Shown: positions 44,901-54,853 of the stretch, piece by piece
How positions within the stretch are numbered: the first letter of the stretch is position 1
Layout of the letters: each line of letters begins with the position of its first letter
Assembly (NCBI GenBank): GCA_045656705.1
Contig: JAZORR010000013.1
Location: 19,401-83,400 of the forward strand
Direction of reading: 5' to 3'
Length of the DNA: 64,000 nucleotides
DNA from: Muribaculaceae bacterium
Lineage (GTDB): Bacteria > Bacteroidota > Bacteroidia > Bacteroidales > Muribaculaceae
Translations under genes and position numbers: made by a program
The notes under the pieces: generated by a model
What the model was told of the DNA's origin: nothing
Databases searched by the model: none
The model's input: only the letters and a program-made list of their open reading frames with translations

Positions 44901-47900
44901 AATAAGGAGCAATCACATTGGTGTATACAGTACCACCAGGGAATGTTGCAGGAGGTTCTGGCCAAATCTTATCGTCATTGCGTTCGGTGAACGAAACGAA
45001 ACCTGTGTTGTAGATATACATCTTGCTGTACTTCTTGCCATAGAATGGGAATTCGAATGGAAGATCCACAGCCACAAAGTCGTGAGAATTGTAGTAAGAG
45101 AAATTGTTTTGCTCACCAAGGCCTGTAGTTTCGATATCTACCCAATTATACTTCACGCCTGAGCCATCGATAGAAGCAGCATAAGAGTAAGATACTTCGG
45201 CACCTTCGGCAAACTCTTCGGCAAATGTAATGTATTCAGGATTTGGATTGATAGAGTAAACAAGAGCCTCGTTACCGTTGTTGGTAATAGTAAGAGGAGC
45301 CTTCAATTCTTCACCACTATTAAGAGTCTTCTTGATTTCGGTATAACTCAAGTCAAGAGTAGGCACACCGATCACCTCACCTTGAAGGTCGATATTAAGT
45401 TCGCCTGCAGAAGTAGTGATGGTAATCTTATCGCTCACTGCACCTTCGGTTTCGGTAGGCAATGTTACAATCACATCCTTAGCCATACCTGGTTCGATAA
45501 CGAATGGAGTAGCCACATCCACCTTAAAGGCACCATTAGCCACAGCAATTGCAGAAACTTCAAGAGCCGACTTACCGTTATTCTTCACTGTTACAGCCTT
45601 TTGAGCCAAAGAAGTGCGGAATACCTTACCAAAATCAACCTTTTCCTCCTCAACCACTGCATTTGGAAGCAAGTTATCGCCCACAATGTTTGCAGTAAAT
45701 TTCACTAATGCAGTACCAGCATTAGGATCGTTGCTTAAGATAACAATATTATTGAAGTTTTCACCAGCATACATAGTATCATCAGCCTTAAGAGTGGCTT
45801 CGATAATTGCACTTTCACCTGGATTCACCACACCCGAAGTAGAACTTAGAGCAGCCACCATATTAGGCTTAGGAGCAACAAACTTCACTGAAGATTGATT
45901 AGTGAATTGTTTGTAAACATAAGCAGCAGGGTCGGTGCTTGATTCCCAATAATCAGCGATATCAGCCGATGTAATAGTCAATGCATCTTCGCGAGCAGGA
46001 TCGAGGATACCGCAATACAATGTACTACCACTTTGGAACAAGTTCATCGACATTGGATCGTAGCTGTCGTAGAACACTTCTACGTCGCCATTAGAAGACA
46101 ACGCAATACGGAACGAAATAGGAGTATATTCTTGGTCGTAAACAAGAGCCAATACATTGTGATACTTCACCACAAACTTACCATCTTGCTTTGCATATTC
46201 CACCTTAGATTCAGGACCAAATTGAAGTTGGTGAGCATAAGCAGAGATATAACCTACATTTTCAGTACCATAAGCAGATTCAGAAACAGGAGCACGCAAA
46301 GCGTATTCAGCAATAGCAAATTGCAAACCACCGAAACTGTTGATATATACCGATTCGTACTTCTTGCCATAGAATGGGAATGCAAAACCAAGAGAGATAG
46401 GCTTAGAGTAATAATTATCATCGCTGAATGATGAAGTGATATCAGTAGCACCTATCAGTTCTGGATTACCATCGTAGGCAAAAGCTTCAGAACCATTCAA
46501 GTTAGTCATAGCTGTGTAACCAAACTTATGAGCCTTAGAAGTGCTACCTTCGATAGTTTCATTAGAGAACTTAGGGAATACATATTCAAGAGGATATTTA
46601 CCTTCGTTCTTAATGCTGAAAGTAGTTTTCACTGCTTCTCCACCCACAGCAAGGTCGCCTACATTGATTTCAGCAGGATCTACCACAATCTTAGCAGGTT
46701 CGGTAGCAACACCTTGAAGTGTTATGCTATAAGTAGCACCAGCACCATTGCTGAAAGTAAGCACACCTGTCAAGCTACCAGCTTCTTTTGGAGCAAAAGT
46801 AACATCAAATGTAGAAATAGCACGAGAAGGGAAACCACCATTGATATAAGTAGGAGCCACAAAGTTGCTTGACGAACAAGTAATCTTGTTACCGCTCAAA
46901 GCACCATAGTAGCTAAATGGACCATAACCTTCGTTATATACCTCTACAGTAAGAGTCTTTTCTTGACCGATAAGCAGATTACCAAAATCTACAATCTTAG
47001 GACCCTTCATTACAGGAGTATTACCCTTAACACTCAACGTTACAGGAAGAGCAAGTTTATTGCCTTCTGATTCGTTGGTATTGAAGCGAAGATTAAACTT
47101 ATATGTGCCATTTACGATAGGTTGTCCATTTGTACCCAACACCACTTCTTGAGTTTCGCCATACTTCACAGAACCTTCAGAAGGATTAAGCACAAGCACA
47201 TCGCTCCAGTCTGGGTTTTGGCTCATAGCAGTGATAGCCCAAGACACATTGTTACCAAGAGCTTCATAAGGACTACCCTTCAACGCATCGGTAAGTTTAA
47301 CCCAAGTCTTACCCATATCGTTACTCATATAGCTGTAACCTGCATATTGTTCATCCTTAGCAGTAGCAAGGCCAAGAGTATAAGTATTGGTTTGAGCAGG
47401 GAAGTGATATACTACCCAGAACGATTCACCTGGAGCAAAATAGATTTGTTCGGTGAGACTGATCACCATATCAGAATAGAAATAAGAAGGAGTGATCTCT
47501 TGCACCAAGTTTGCTTGAGTAAGATTAGTGCCTTTGTAGATTTGCACCAAAGCAGTTTCACCGTAGTAAGAAGTCTTCTTCACTGCAGTCAAGTTGAAAC
47601 CTTCTGGATATTGTTCAGCATCTACATAGAACCATTGTGCAGCCGAATTTGACACAGAATTATCAGATTCACCCACACTTGCAAAATATTCATCGAAATA
47701 AGCTAAATTCTTTGGATAATCGTCTTGATTGTAACCTTCACCCTTCACCACAGCATAAGTAGTAGCTTTCTTTGAAGAAATCTTACCGCTAAATGGCTTC
47801 AAAGAAGTAACAAGAGGCTTTTTACCTACCGAATATTTAGCCACAGTAGATTGAGTGGTGCGAGCAAGACCATTCCACTTCAACAAACCTTCGTCTTCAT

Positions 47901-49812
47901 TGCCTATGTTAAACTTAACAGTAGGATTTGGATTGGCAGCAGTAATATTCAAAGATAGTGACTTCTTGTCGATAGTCATCTTAGGACCAGCATTGGTAGT
48001 AGCAGTCACCACAGGCGACAATTCAGAAGCATTACCCCAACGATTGACAGCCTTCAAAGCAAGGTAATAAGTAGTAAGAGATTCAAGACCTGTCAATTCA
48101 TAAGTAGTGCTATCGCCAGATACAAGGAACTTAGTATCAATAACCTTAGTAGATACAGCAGTCAAATCGCTATTAGCATCGAACGCAGTCTTGCTATAGT
48201 ACAAAATGTGGTTATTCACATTGTTGTCGCTTGATGCAGGAATAGTCCATCCGATAGTGATATTATCTTGGCCAGGATAAGCACTCAATGAAGCCACAGC
48301 CTCAGGAGCAGTTCCATCGCCCATAGCAAGAGCCTTAGCAGCATCCACATATCCACTACCAAACAAACCTTCAGCAGCAGGATTTGCAGTATAGAAGTCA
48401 TTGACCGAAGTTATGATTTGTTGGCGAAGAGTTTCGTTAATCAATTCAGCCTTACCATGCTTCGACAAGAATAGAGCCGCAATACCCGACACGTGAGGAG
48501 TTGCCATAGATGTACCTTCGCTGAAACCATAAGAGTTGTCTGGGAGAGTACTTAAAATACCATGAGCATCGCCATAGTCCAAAAGACCACCAGGTGCCAC
48601 CACGTCAACCCATTCACCATAGTTAGAATAACTTGCAGGAGCAAGGTCGTCGGTCATAGCAGCCACAGCCAACACAGGTTCGTAGCATCCAGGATACCAA
48701 TTGCCAGTAGAAGCATCGTTACCTGCAGCAAAGATACATAGACCACCATTCATATTCTCGCTACGAGCAGTCTTAGTGAAATAGTCGATAGCATCAAGCA
48801 CAGATTGTTCTTTATAGTCGGCAGTAGCCCAACCCCAAGAACATTGTGCAATTGTAGCACCACGTTCGGCAGCATACACAAGGGCAGCAGCAAAATCGGC
48901 ATCACCCGAACCCGAACGAGAGTCGAATACTTGCACCGAAATCATCTTCACACCGCTATCGGCATCACCGTTACCACCAGCTACACCAGCCACACCTTTA
49001 CCATTGTTGTTGACAGCAGCCACTGTACCGGCTACGTGAGTACCATGGTCGTGAGGATAGATTTCGGCAGAATTAGTACAAAAGTTCCAACCATAGATAT
49101 CGTCGACATATCCATTGCCATCATCGTCTACACCTTTTTTACCGTTCAACTCAGCCTTATTTACAGCCACATTTGCAGCAAGGTCTTCGTGATTTATATC
49201 GATACCACCATCGATGATAGCAACGGTAACGTTAGGATTACCTGTAGTCACCTTCCATGCTTCAAACAAGTTGATATCGGCACCTGCCTTACTTTGTGCC
49301 AAACTACCATCGTTGAAATAGTGCCATTGAGACGACAAACGAGGGTCGTTGAAAGGCATTGCCACACTTGCAGCCTTAGGCGCTAATGACGCTTTGCGGA
49401 AACGTGCATTTTCTTTTAGTTCCATTGGTACCACGCAATGTGCGTCTTGCACTCCGGCTGTGCGCTTAAGCACGCTTAATGCCTGTGCATTTGTTACACC
49501 TTCGTCGAAGGTTATTTCATACCAGCGATCCAAGCCAAACTTAGCTCTTTGAGCTTCAAAATTGGGCGCATAAGGAAACACTCTGCGAATACTGTAGGCC
49601 TTGATAGCCTTAGCCGATGCATCGAGTGGCTGAATACCAGTCTTCAACACACCTGCAGTGTGCATACGAGGAGCATTACCCACTTGAAGTGCAACTTCTG
49701 GTTGCAACTTCACTCGGATAACACCCTTCTTAGCATCATCAGCATACGCAAAAATACTGCCACTCATCACCATAATGAGCAACAATAACAGTCTTAATGT
49801 TAAATTTTGCAT
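41965..49812 (-). CDS. Giant (2615-aa) multidomain S8 subtilase with Ig/FN3/cadherin-like modules and T9SS C-terminal sorting domain
   Basis: Signal peptide. S8 triad motifs VAIIDGGIDINHEDL, DHGTHVAGTVAA, GTSMATPHVSGIAALF. A long array of beta-sandwich-like segments, and a cadherin-like segment (NRAPEAV...FADPDGDKMTYS). Tail VEVYPNPVAETLFV...GVYILQVVTEDGVATFHVVKK. Confidence 0.85.
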   Translation of the reverse strand: MQNLTLRLLLLLIMVMSGSIFAYADDAKKGVIRVKLQPEVALQVGNAPRMHTAGVLKTGIQPLDASAKAIKAYSIRRVFPYAPNFEAQRAKFGLDRWYEITFDEGVTNAQALSVLKRTAGVQDAHCVVPMELKENARFRKASLAPKAASVAMPFNDPRLSSQWHYFNDGSLAQSKAGADINLFEAWKVTTGNPNVTVAIIDGGIDINHEDLAANVAVNKAELNGKKGVDDDGNGYVDDIYGWNFCTNSAEIYPHDHGTHVAGTVAAVNNNGKGVAGVAGGNGDADSGVKMISVQVFDSRSGSGDADFAAALVYAAERGATIAQCSWGWATADYKEQSVLDAIDYFTKTARSENMNGGLCIFAAGNDASTGNWYPGCYEPVLAVAAMTDDLAPASYSNYGEWVDVVAPGGLLDYGDAHGILSTLPDNSYGFSEGTSMATPHVSGIAALFLSKHGKAELINETLRQQIITSVNDFYTANPAAEGLFGSGYVDAAKALAMGDGTAPEAVASLSAYPGQDNITIGWTIPASSDNNVNNHILYYSKTAFDANSDLTAVSTKVIDTKFLVSGDSTTYELTGLESLTTYYLALKAVNRWGNASELSPVVTATTNAGPKMTIDKKSLSLNITAANPNPTVKFNIGNEDEGLLKWNGLARTTQSTVAKYSVGKKPLVTSLKPFSGKISSKKATTYAVVKGEGYNQDDYPKNLAYFDEYFASVGESDNSVSNSAAQWFYVDAEQYPEGFNLTAVKKTSYYGETALVQIYKGTNLTQANLVQEITPSYFYSDMVISLTEQIYFAPGESFWVVYHFPAQTNTYTLGLATAKDEQYAGYSYMSNDMGKTWVKLTDALKGSPYEALGNNVSWAITAMSQNPDWSDVLVLNPSEGSVKYGETQEVVLGTNGQPIVNGTYKFNLRFNTNESEGNKLALPVTLSVKGNTPVMKGPKIVDFGNLLIGQEKTLTVEVYNEGYGPFSYYGALSGNKITCSSSNFVAPTYINGGFPSRAISTFDVTFAPKEAGSLTGVLTFSNGAGATYSITLQGVATEPAKIVVDPAEINVGDLAVGGEAVKTTFSIKNEGKYPLEYVFPKFSNETIEGSTSKAHKFGYTAMTNLNGSEAFAYDGNPELIGATDITSSFSDDNYYSKPISLGFAFPFYGKKYESVYINSFGGLQFAIAEYALRAPVSESAYGTENVGYISAYAHQLQFGPESKVEYAKQDGKFVVKYHNVLALVYDQEYTPISFRIALSSNGDVEVFYDSYDPMSMNLFQSGSTLYCGILDPAREDALTITSADIADYWESSTDPAAYVYKQFTNQSSVKFVAPKPNMVAALSSTSGVVNPGESAIIEATLKADDTMYAGENFNNIVILSNDPNAGTALVKFTANIVGDNLLPNAVVEEEKVDFGKVFRTSLAQKAVTVKNNGKSALEVSAIAVANGAFKVDVATPFVIEPGMAKDVIVTLPTETEGAVSDKITITTSAGELNIDLQGEVIGVPTLDLSYTEIKKTLNSGEELKAPLTITNNGNEALVYSINPNPEYITFAEEFAEGAEVSYSYAASIDGSGVKYNWVDIETTGLGEQNNFSYYNSHDFVAVDLPFEFPFYGKKYSKMYIYNTGFVSFTERNDDKIWPEPPATFPGGTVYTNVIAPYWGLHTMDQSKTAGTYHYVTDDQAIISWMEYGNTMNMGVCYQLIMSKDGSFKFQYKSYGEYAVIFSIFGLAGISNENGSVGVKIPERYVQFGNAVEFTPVVDVTVPAGANRTIDIDVKTDKLAGVYNSNITINSNVPSKEKVEIPIELNIVGVAKPVFPTDTIVVERIIGSYDGYREDLPNGGVTGMGAMYEAAIKIENHGTAAFTITNVVNGGPSIYDEWFDMYTPIFSTYYYAPELDWITGEPTGNYAWSQYFDYTPVTVDNNGTYFTIPMIDYTTAYTPGTYDVPLTFYYNESDVAVVNVRFIVTQAPYAVLDKSEIRVENAAENHSSIETVTLSNAGQYKMTYELRMDPTGVGEQGSEDQGGGIAPMDKKVAINPMSVANTSLLRAKIKSEIEPMATSTNTYDTPQDFEHNNALFYPAMPGNTTAHQYGAGNTYNEYKIATAFVAPAEGFNISHIYTAAYVADLKNVDIVVEVVRGGDSADPTTGVVVGKGTFHIDEMEGGRFIIVPLDKAVYMNPNEEFHVIVSYPVGVEYPGFVCYKEESVVSNRYMAYVEGYGWFDLAALFKDQYGSLGHILSCLETVAGDAWVRLLNEEKIGVLEAPAEGGENQGGDPGVGGGAVVGPLSTNDAPASSVELKVQINAAAAPLVKGNKAVLVIKTSDPTQPIINFPIYLDKNGAPTINAPAETVYAKEAETTSVNIAVVDEDADDFTLIFSSPAQLASVKAVTAIDATAEVTTAEDGTITVKNAPAGVNVEVAIAPAYGDAGKYAFSLSAIDVYNNEAQALVNYEVEHVNRAPEAVAMKDIELSLDAASPIISYENLFADPDGDKMTYSMSLSNSGVVTAFTTANGVIFVGTAVGEVEVTVVATDSNGASSSNTFKVIVSTTSTGIDENSLNAKVEVYPNPVAETLFVTCDFSAKETSYTIYAANGAKVYSSLEASTQGVAKAINVAELAEGVYILQVVTEDGVATFHVVKK

Positions 49813-49878
49813 AATGAATGATTTAGAAATTAATAATTATAGATTGTTGAATTTTATTTTATCTTTGATAAAATTGTG

Positions 49879-49886
49879 CAAATATA
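49879..49886 (-). promoter_or_regulatory. -7 box (TATATTTG on the minus strand) for the giant protease gene
   Basis: Plus-strand caaatata gives rc TATATTTG, ~67 nt upstream of ATG 49812. Confidence 0.4.
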
Positions 49887-50103
49887 GTAAAATTCTCTAT
49901 CTCATAGGGGGTAAATACAAATTATTTTTAGTAAAAGGTAATTTTCAAGCATTTAAGGGAATTCCCCATAATATTTTCATAGCAAAAGCAACAAAAGAAA
50001 ACGCCAAGCAGCATAGCTACTCGGTGTAATTAGGTGAGTATTTTCGCTCTATCAAAGAATACAGAAAAGGCTAATTGCTCAAATTCTTCAATTATTAGTA
50101 CTA

Positions 50104-50346
50104 TTAATTCAAAGATTTAACAATCCATTTACCACCCTTAGTAGGACCTATACGCTCAATGACTCCATCAGCTTTCAAACGAGCAAGATGTTTCTCTACA
50201 GCTTTGGATGTAATTCCCAACTTTTGAGATAAAGCCACAGCAGTCAAACTACCATCTTCAGATAGAAATGCAATGATTTTCTCCCTACTTTTTTCGGTTT
50301 CTTCCCTACCTTTTACTGAGAGATTTACAAAATTCTTGAAATTCCC
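50104..50346 (-). pseudogene. 3' remnant encoding a winged-helix DNA-binding C-terminal domain (no start codon)
   Basis: The rc frame GNFKNFVNLSVKGREETEKSREKIIAFLSEDGSLTAVALSQKLGITSKAVEKHLARLKADGVIERIGPTKGGKWIVKSLN-stop opens directly after a TAA and has no in-frame ATG. The wHTH pattern resembles the tail of AlbA_2/RecG-like putative regulators. Confidence 0.45.
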
Positions 50347-50353
50347 TTAATCA

Positions 50354-53143
50354 TCAATGTGCTTCGAGCCAGTTATGGGCTACTCCAGCCGATGGTATCA
50401 TCTCCACTCGTCCGTGATATGCACCTCGCATCTCGGCAAGCACAATTTCCTTCACACGCTCAAGTTCTTCGGGTACTACATCAAAGTTTAATTCATCGTG
50501 TACCTGCATAATCATCTTCGAGCGTAGGTTTTCCTCCTTAAAACGGCGATAAATGCGTACCATAGCTATTTTTATAATGTCGGCAGCAGTGCCTTGTATA
50601 GGTGCATTGATAGCATTGCGTTCAGAGAATCCACGCACTATAGCGTTACGCGAATTGATATCGGGCAGCATACGACGGCGACCAAATTTAGTGGTCACAT
50701 ATTCCAATTCCTTACCCTTGGCAATGGCTGCATCCATATATTCTTTTACCTTCGGGAACATCTCAAAATATCCATCAATCAACATCTTAGCCTCGGCACG
50801 AGGGATTTCAAGGCGTTGAGAAAGGCCGAATGCCGATATACCATACAAAATACCGAAGTTTGCAGTCTTCGCCTTGCGTCGTTGGTCGGGCGTTACATCT
50901 TCTATTGCTTCGTGATAGATACGAGAAGCCGTGAGAGTGTGGATATCGGCACCTTCGTTGAATGCTTGCACCATAGTTTCGTCGCCACTAAGGTCGGCCA
51001 CAAGACGCAATTCTATCTGCGAATAGTCGGCCGAGAAGAACACATTACCCTCAGCAGGAATAAAAGCACGGCGTATCTCACGGCCATCGTCGGTGCGTAC
51101 TGGTATGTTCTGCATATTCGGATTGGCCGATGAGAGTCTTCCTGTAGCCGTTACAGTTTGGTTATAGGTGGTGTGGATGCGTCCTGTAGTAGGATTTACC
51201 AATTGTGGCAACGCCTCAACATAGGTTGACAATAGTTTACGCAATCCACGCACATCAAGAATTTTCTCCACTATCGGACTTTTCGACTTCAGATTCATAA
51301 GCACATCTTCCGAAGTAGAATAGCGTCCACTCTTGGTCTTTTTTACCTTATCGTCGAGTTTGAGTCGCTCAAATAAGATTTCTCCCACTTGCACTGGAGA
51401 TGAAATATTAAACTCGACTCCTGCGAGAGAATAGATTTCTTGTTCGATACACTTCATTCGCTCCTCAAGCACACAACGGTAGTCGGTAAGCACCGATTCA
51501 TTGAGTCTCACACCGGTCATCTCCATCTCGGCAAGCACTGCTACAAGAGGAAGTTCCACATCGTTGAGCAACGATTCCATCTCAAGTGCCACTATCTTAT
51601 CGTGAAGCACTTTCTTGAGTTGCAAGGTTATATCGGCAAGTTCGCACACATAATCGCAAAGTAAAGCCTCAGGCACATCACACACAGTGCGCTTGGCGCG
51701 AGTTTTTCCCTCCACTTCGATAAGCGTATCCCACGCTATGGTTTCATATCCCAATAGAGTGGAACTGAGTCGTGGCACATCGTGAGCCAATTCAGGCTGA
51801 ATGAGGTAATGAGCCAACGAAATATCGTAGTATGGAGATGTAATTTCGATGCCATCGTTGGCAAGAGCCAAGATATCAGCCTTCACATCGGCACTTATAA
51901 GGGTGGCTTGTGGATTGGTGAAGATTTTCTTGAGCGAATCTATCATCGCCACTCTCTCTTCTCCATCTTGTGGCACAGGAATATAGGCAGCCACGCCCTT
52001 CATAGCCGACACACCTACTCCAAGCACGCAACGCGACACATTGTTCTCGCCCACAGCCAGCACACTCACTGCATATTCTTTCACCGATGAAAGTTTAGAG
52101 GCAAGTTTAGCCACAAGCACAGGGCTGTCTATCACATCGTAACGATGCTCCTCAGTATTGATGTTCACTATCTTCACTTCAGCCACTTCATCGTCTTGAG
52201 GAATATCAAACAATGATCCTTGCACCGACTCTGCAGGCTTAGACACTTGCTGCTCTGCTGCAACCACCTTATTGCCTATGATGCGAGTGATAAGAGTGCG
52301 AAATTCAAGTTCGTTAAACACCTCATATAGTGCTGCATAATCAGGTTCCACCCTACGCATCAACTCTTCATTGAATTCTACTGGCACATCCACCTTGATA
52401 GTGGCAAGGAACTTAGAGAATTTTATCTGTTCCACATTCTCCTCCACCTTGGTGCGTATAGCACCCTTCAATTCGTCGATGCGGTCGATCATTGCTTCCA
52501 CCGAACCAAATTGCTTGACGAGTTTGATGGCGGTAATCTTGCCCACGCCTGGACAACCAGGAATATTATCCACCTTGTCGCCCATCAATGCAAGGATATC
52601 AATCACTTGCAGAGGACTTTCAAATTCGTAACTCTCGCAGATCTCCTTCACGCCAAGCACCTCAAATTCATTACCATGCTTGCCTGGTCGGTATTGGAAT
52701 ATATGTTCGTCTACCACCTGTCCGAAGTCCTTATCGGGAGTCATCATATAGGCATCAAAGCCTCTACTCTGTGCCATTTTGGCAAGAGTACCTATCACAT
52801 CATCGGCTTCATATCCCAAGCACTCTATCACAGGAATGCGATAAGCCTCGAGTATACGCTTGATGTATGGAATAGCTAAACGAATATCTTCGGGTTGAGG
52901 CGGACGCTCAGCCTTATAACCCTCAAATGCCTCGTGACGGAATGTGGGACCCGGAGGATCGAAACACACGGCCATATGTGTGGGATTTTCTCGCTTCAGC
53001 ACATCCTGAAGCGTGTTGACAAAACCATATATCGCCGAAGTATTGAAACCTTTCGACGACATTCGTGGAGCGTTGATGAGCGCATAATAGGCTCTATATA
53101 TAAATGCATACGCATCAAGCAAAAATAGACGATTTCGATTCAT
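50354..53143 (-). CDS. polA: DNA polymerase I
   Basis: 929 aa. 5' nuclease N-domain, motif A ADYSQIELRLVA, motif C MQVHDEL. Confidence 0.95.
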   Translation of the reverse strand: MNRNRLFLLDAYAFIYRAYYALINAPRMSSKGFNTSAIYGFVNTLQDVLKRENPTHMAVCFDPPGPTFRHEAFEGYKAERPPQPEDIRLAIPYIKRILEAYRIPVIECLGYEADDVIGTLAKMAQSRGFDAYMMTPDKDFGQVVDEHIFQYRPGKHGNEFEVLGVKEICESYEFESPLQVIDILALMGDKVDNIPGCPGVGKITAIKLVKQFGSVEAMIDRIDELKGAIRTKVEENVEQIKFSKFLATIKVDVPVEFNEELMRRVEPDYAALYEVFNELEFRTLITRIIGNKVVAAEQQVSKPAESVQGSLFDIPQDDEVAEVKIVNINTEEHRYDVIDSPVLVAKLASKLSSVKEYAVSVLAVGENNVSRCVLGVGVSAMKGVAAYIPVPQDGEERVAMIDSLKKIFTNPQATLISADVKADILALANDGIEITSPYYDISLAHYLIQPELAHDVPRLSSTLLGYETIAWDTLIEVEGKTRAKRTVCDVPEALLCDYVCELADITLQLKKVLHDKIVALEMESLLNDVELPLVAVLAEMEMTGVRLNESVLTDYRCVLEERMKCIEQEIYSLAGVEFNISSPVQVGEILFERLKLDDKVKKTKSGRYSTSEDVLMNLKSKSPIVEKILDVRGLRKLLSTYVEALPQLVNPTTGRIHTTYNQTVTATGRLSSANPNMQNIPVRTDDGREIRRAFIPAEGNVFFSADYSQIELRLVADLSGDETMVQAFNEGADIHTLTASRIYHEAIEDVTPDQRRKAKTANFGILYGISAFGLSQRLEIPRAEAKMLIDGYFEMFPKVKEYMDAAIAKGKELEYVTTKFGRRRMLPDINSRNAIVRGFSERNAINAPIQGTAADIIKIAMVRIYRRFKEENLRSKMIMQVHDELNFDVVPEELERVKEIVLAEMRGAYHGRVEMIPSAGVAHNWLEAH

Positions 53144-53222
53144 TACAGCAAGTTTTTCATTTCTTTATTGCGAATTTACGATTATTTTCTCAAAAGAATA
53201 TCCAAAAACGCAGATTTATTGC

Positions 53223-53230
53223 TATTTTTG
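53223..53230 (+). promoter_or_regulatory. -7 box TATTTTTG upstream of the polyprenyl synthase gene
   Basis: Lies inside the TTG-extended track ORF (53168), 19 nt upstream of ATG 53249. Confidence 0.45.
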
Positions 53231-53248
53231 CATTTTAATCATCAAAAA

Positions 53249-54226
53249 ATGATGGGTGGAGTAAAAACAATACAAGAAAATATAGCCAACGACTTGGCGA
53301 TGCTTAATAGCATCATCAAGAATGCACTTGAGAGCGATTCTGCTCTTATGAACCAAATTGTGTCTAATTTTTTAGAGAGTAAGGGCAAGCAAATACGCCC
53401 TATACTGGTGATTTTGAGTGGACGATTTTTCGGCAAAGTGGATTCTAATGTGCTTAATGCAGGTGCTGCTATCGAACTTCTTCACAACGCATCTCTTATT
53501 CACGACGATGTAATTGATGAATCGAAAGAACGACGAGGACAACCCACCATCAATCGCATTTGGGACAATCACATCTCGGTGCTTGTGGGCGACTTCTTCG
53601 TGAGTGCTGCACTACATTGTGCCGTGCAGACCGAGAACCATCGCGTCACTGCAGTGCTTTCAAAACTCGGTAGAGAACTTTCTCTTGGCGAAATCAAGCA
53701 GATTGACAATGCTCGCCAACACAATATCGACGAAAAGGCTTATTTCGAAATCATTCGCAACAAGACGGCTTCTCTATTCAAGTGTTGTGTAGAAATGAGT
53801 GGACATGTGAACAATGCCAATCAAGAAGAACTTGACGACCTTATGCTCTTCACCGACTACCTCGGATTGTGTTTCCAAATCAAAGACGATATTTTCGACT
53901 ATTTCGAGGATAAAAACATAGGTAAACCTACGGGCAACGACCTTCGCGAAGGTAAACTCACACTGCCTCTCATCTATGCTCTCACCAAAGAAGGTGCTGC
54001 ACAACAAAGTGAAATGGTGGAAATGGCTAAGAAAAACCAACTCTCTGCCGAAGAAATAGCCACCCTCATAGAATATGCAAAAACCGAAGGTGGTATCGAA
54101 TATGCTTATGCTACTATGGAGCGTCTACGCGACGAGGCCTTCACTATTCTCGATAAATATGCCGATCGTCCTGTGGTGGAAGATTTCAAGACGCTATTCA
54201 ATTACATCATAGCTCGCAACAAATAA
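53249..54226 (+). CDS. Polyprenyl diphosphate synthase (IspB-like, long-chain)
   Basis: The in-frame ATG at 53249 gives MMGGVKTIQ... First DDxxD motif in [16 protein letters not shown], second in [10 protein letters not shown]. Confidence 0.85.
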   Translation: MMGGVKTIQENIANDLAMLNSIIKNALESDSALMNQIVSNFLESKGKQIRPILVILSGRFFGKVDSNVLNAGAAIELLHNASLIHDDVIDESKERRGQPTINRIWDNHISVLVGDFFVSAALHCAVQTENHRVTAVLSKLGRELSLGEIKQIDNARQHNIDEKAYFEIIRNKTASLFKCCVEMSGHVNNANQEELDDLMLFTDYLGLCFQIKDDIFDYFEDKNIGKPTGNDLREGKLTLPLIYALTKEGAAQQSEMVEMAKKNQLSAEEIATLIEYAKTEGGIEYAYATMERLRDEAFTILDKYADRPVVEDFKTLFNYIIARNK

Positions 54227-54227
54227 T

Positions 54228-54824
54228 ATGCTTGAACCATATCTCATCGAGGGACGCATTGAGGCTGGATGCGACGAGGCTGGGCGTGGATGCCTGGCAG
54301 GGCCTGTGACTGCCGCAGCAGTGATTCTTCCTCCCGACTTTCACAACGAATTGCTCAACGACTCGAAGCAACTCACCGAGCGTCAGCGCGAACTCTTACG
54401 CCCCATCATCGAGCGAGAAGCTCTCGCTTGGGCTGTAGCTTTCGTTTCGCCTCAAGAAATTGATGAAATCAATATTCTCAAGGCTTCGTTCACGGCTATG
54501 CATCGTGCCATCGACCAACTAAAAATACGCCCAGAGGCTCTTCTCATTGATGGCAACCGATTTATTCAATATCAAGACCTTCCCCACACTTGCATTGTGA
54601 AAGGCGACGGCAAAATGATGAGCATAGCAGCAGCATCAATACTCGCAAAAACTCATCGCGACGAATATATGACTCGCATAGCACAAGATTTTCCACAATA
54701 TGCTTGGGACAAGAACAAAGGTTACCCCACACGCGATCATCGTGCAGCTATCGAGGCTTACGGAGCCACACCACATCACCGTATGTCGTTCCAGCTCATC
54801 AATCCTCAACTAAGTTTATTCTAA
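54228..54824 (+). CDS. rnhB: Ribonuclease HII
   Basis: 198 aa. [14 protein letters not shown] and the RNase HII-type C-terminus. Confidence 0.9.
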   Translation: MLEPYLIEGRIEAGCDEAGRGCLAGPVTAAAVILPPDFHNELLNDSKQLTERQRELLRPIIEREALAWAVAFVSPQEIDEINILKASFTAMHRAIDQLKIRPEALLIDGNRFIQYQDLPHTCIVKGDGKMMSIAAASILAKTHRDEYMTRIAQDFPQYAWDKNKGYPTRDHRAAIEAYGATPHHRMSFQLINPQLSLF

Positions 54825-54853
54825 ACAATACACATCATAAACTGTTCATTGTT

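Noticed and set aside
49775-50029. 84-aa plus-strand ORF in the gap between the giant protease gene and the wHTH remnant.
   Set aside because: It overlaps the protease start codon and its promoter box. It is extremely AT-rich with low-complexity sequence and no motif.
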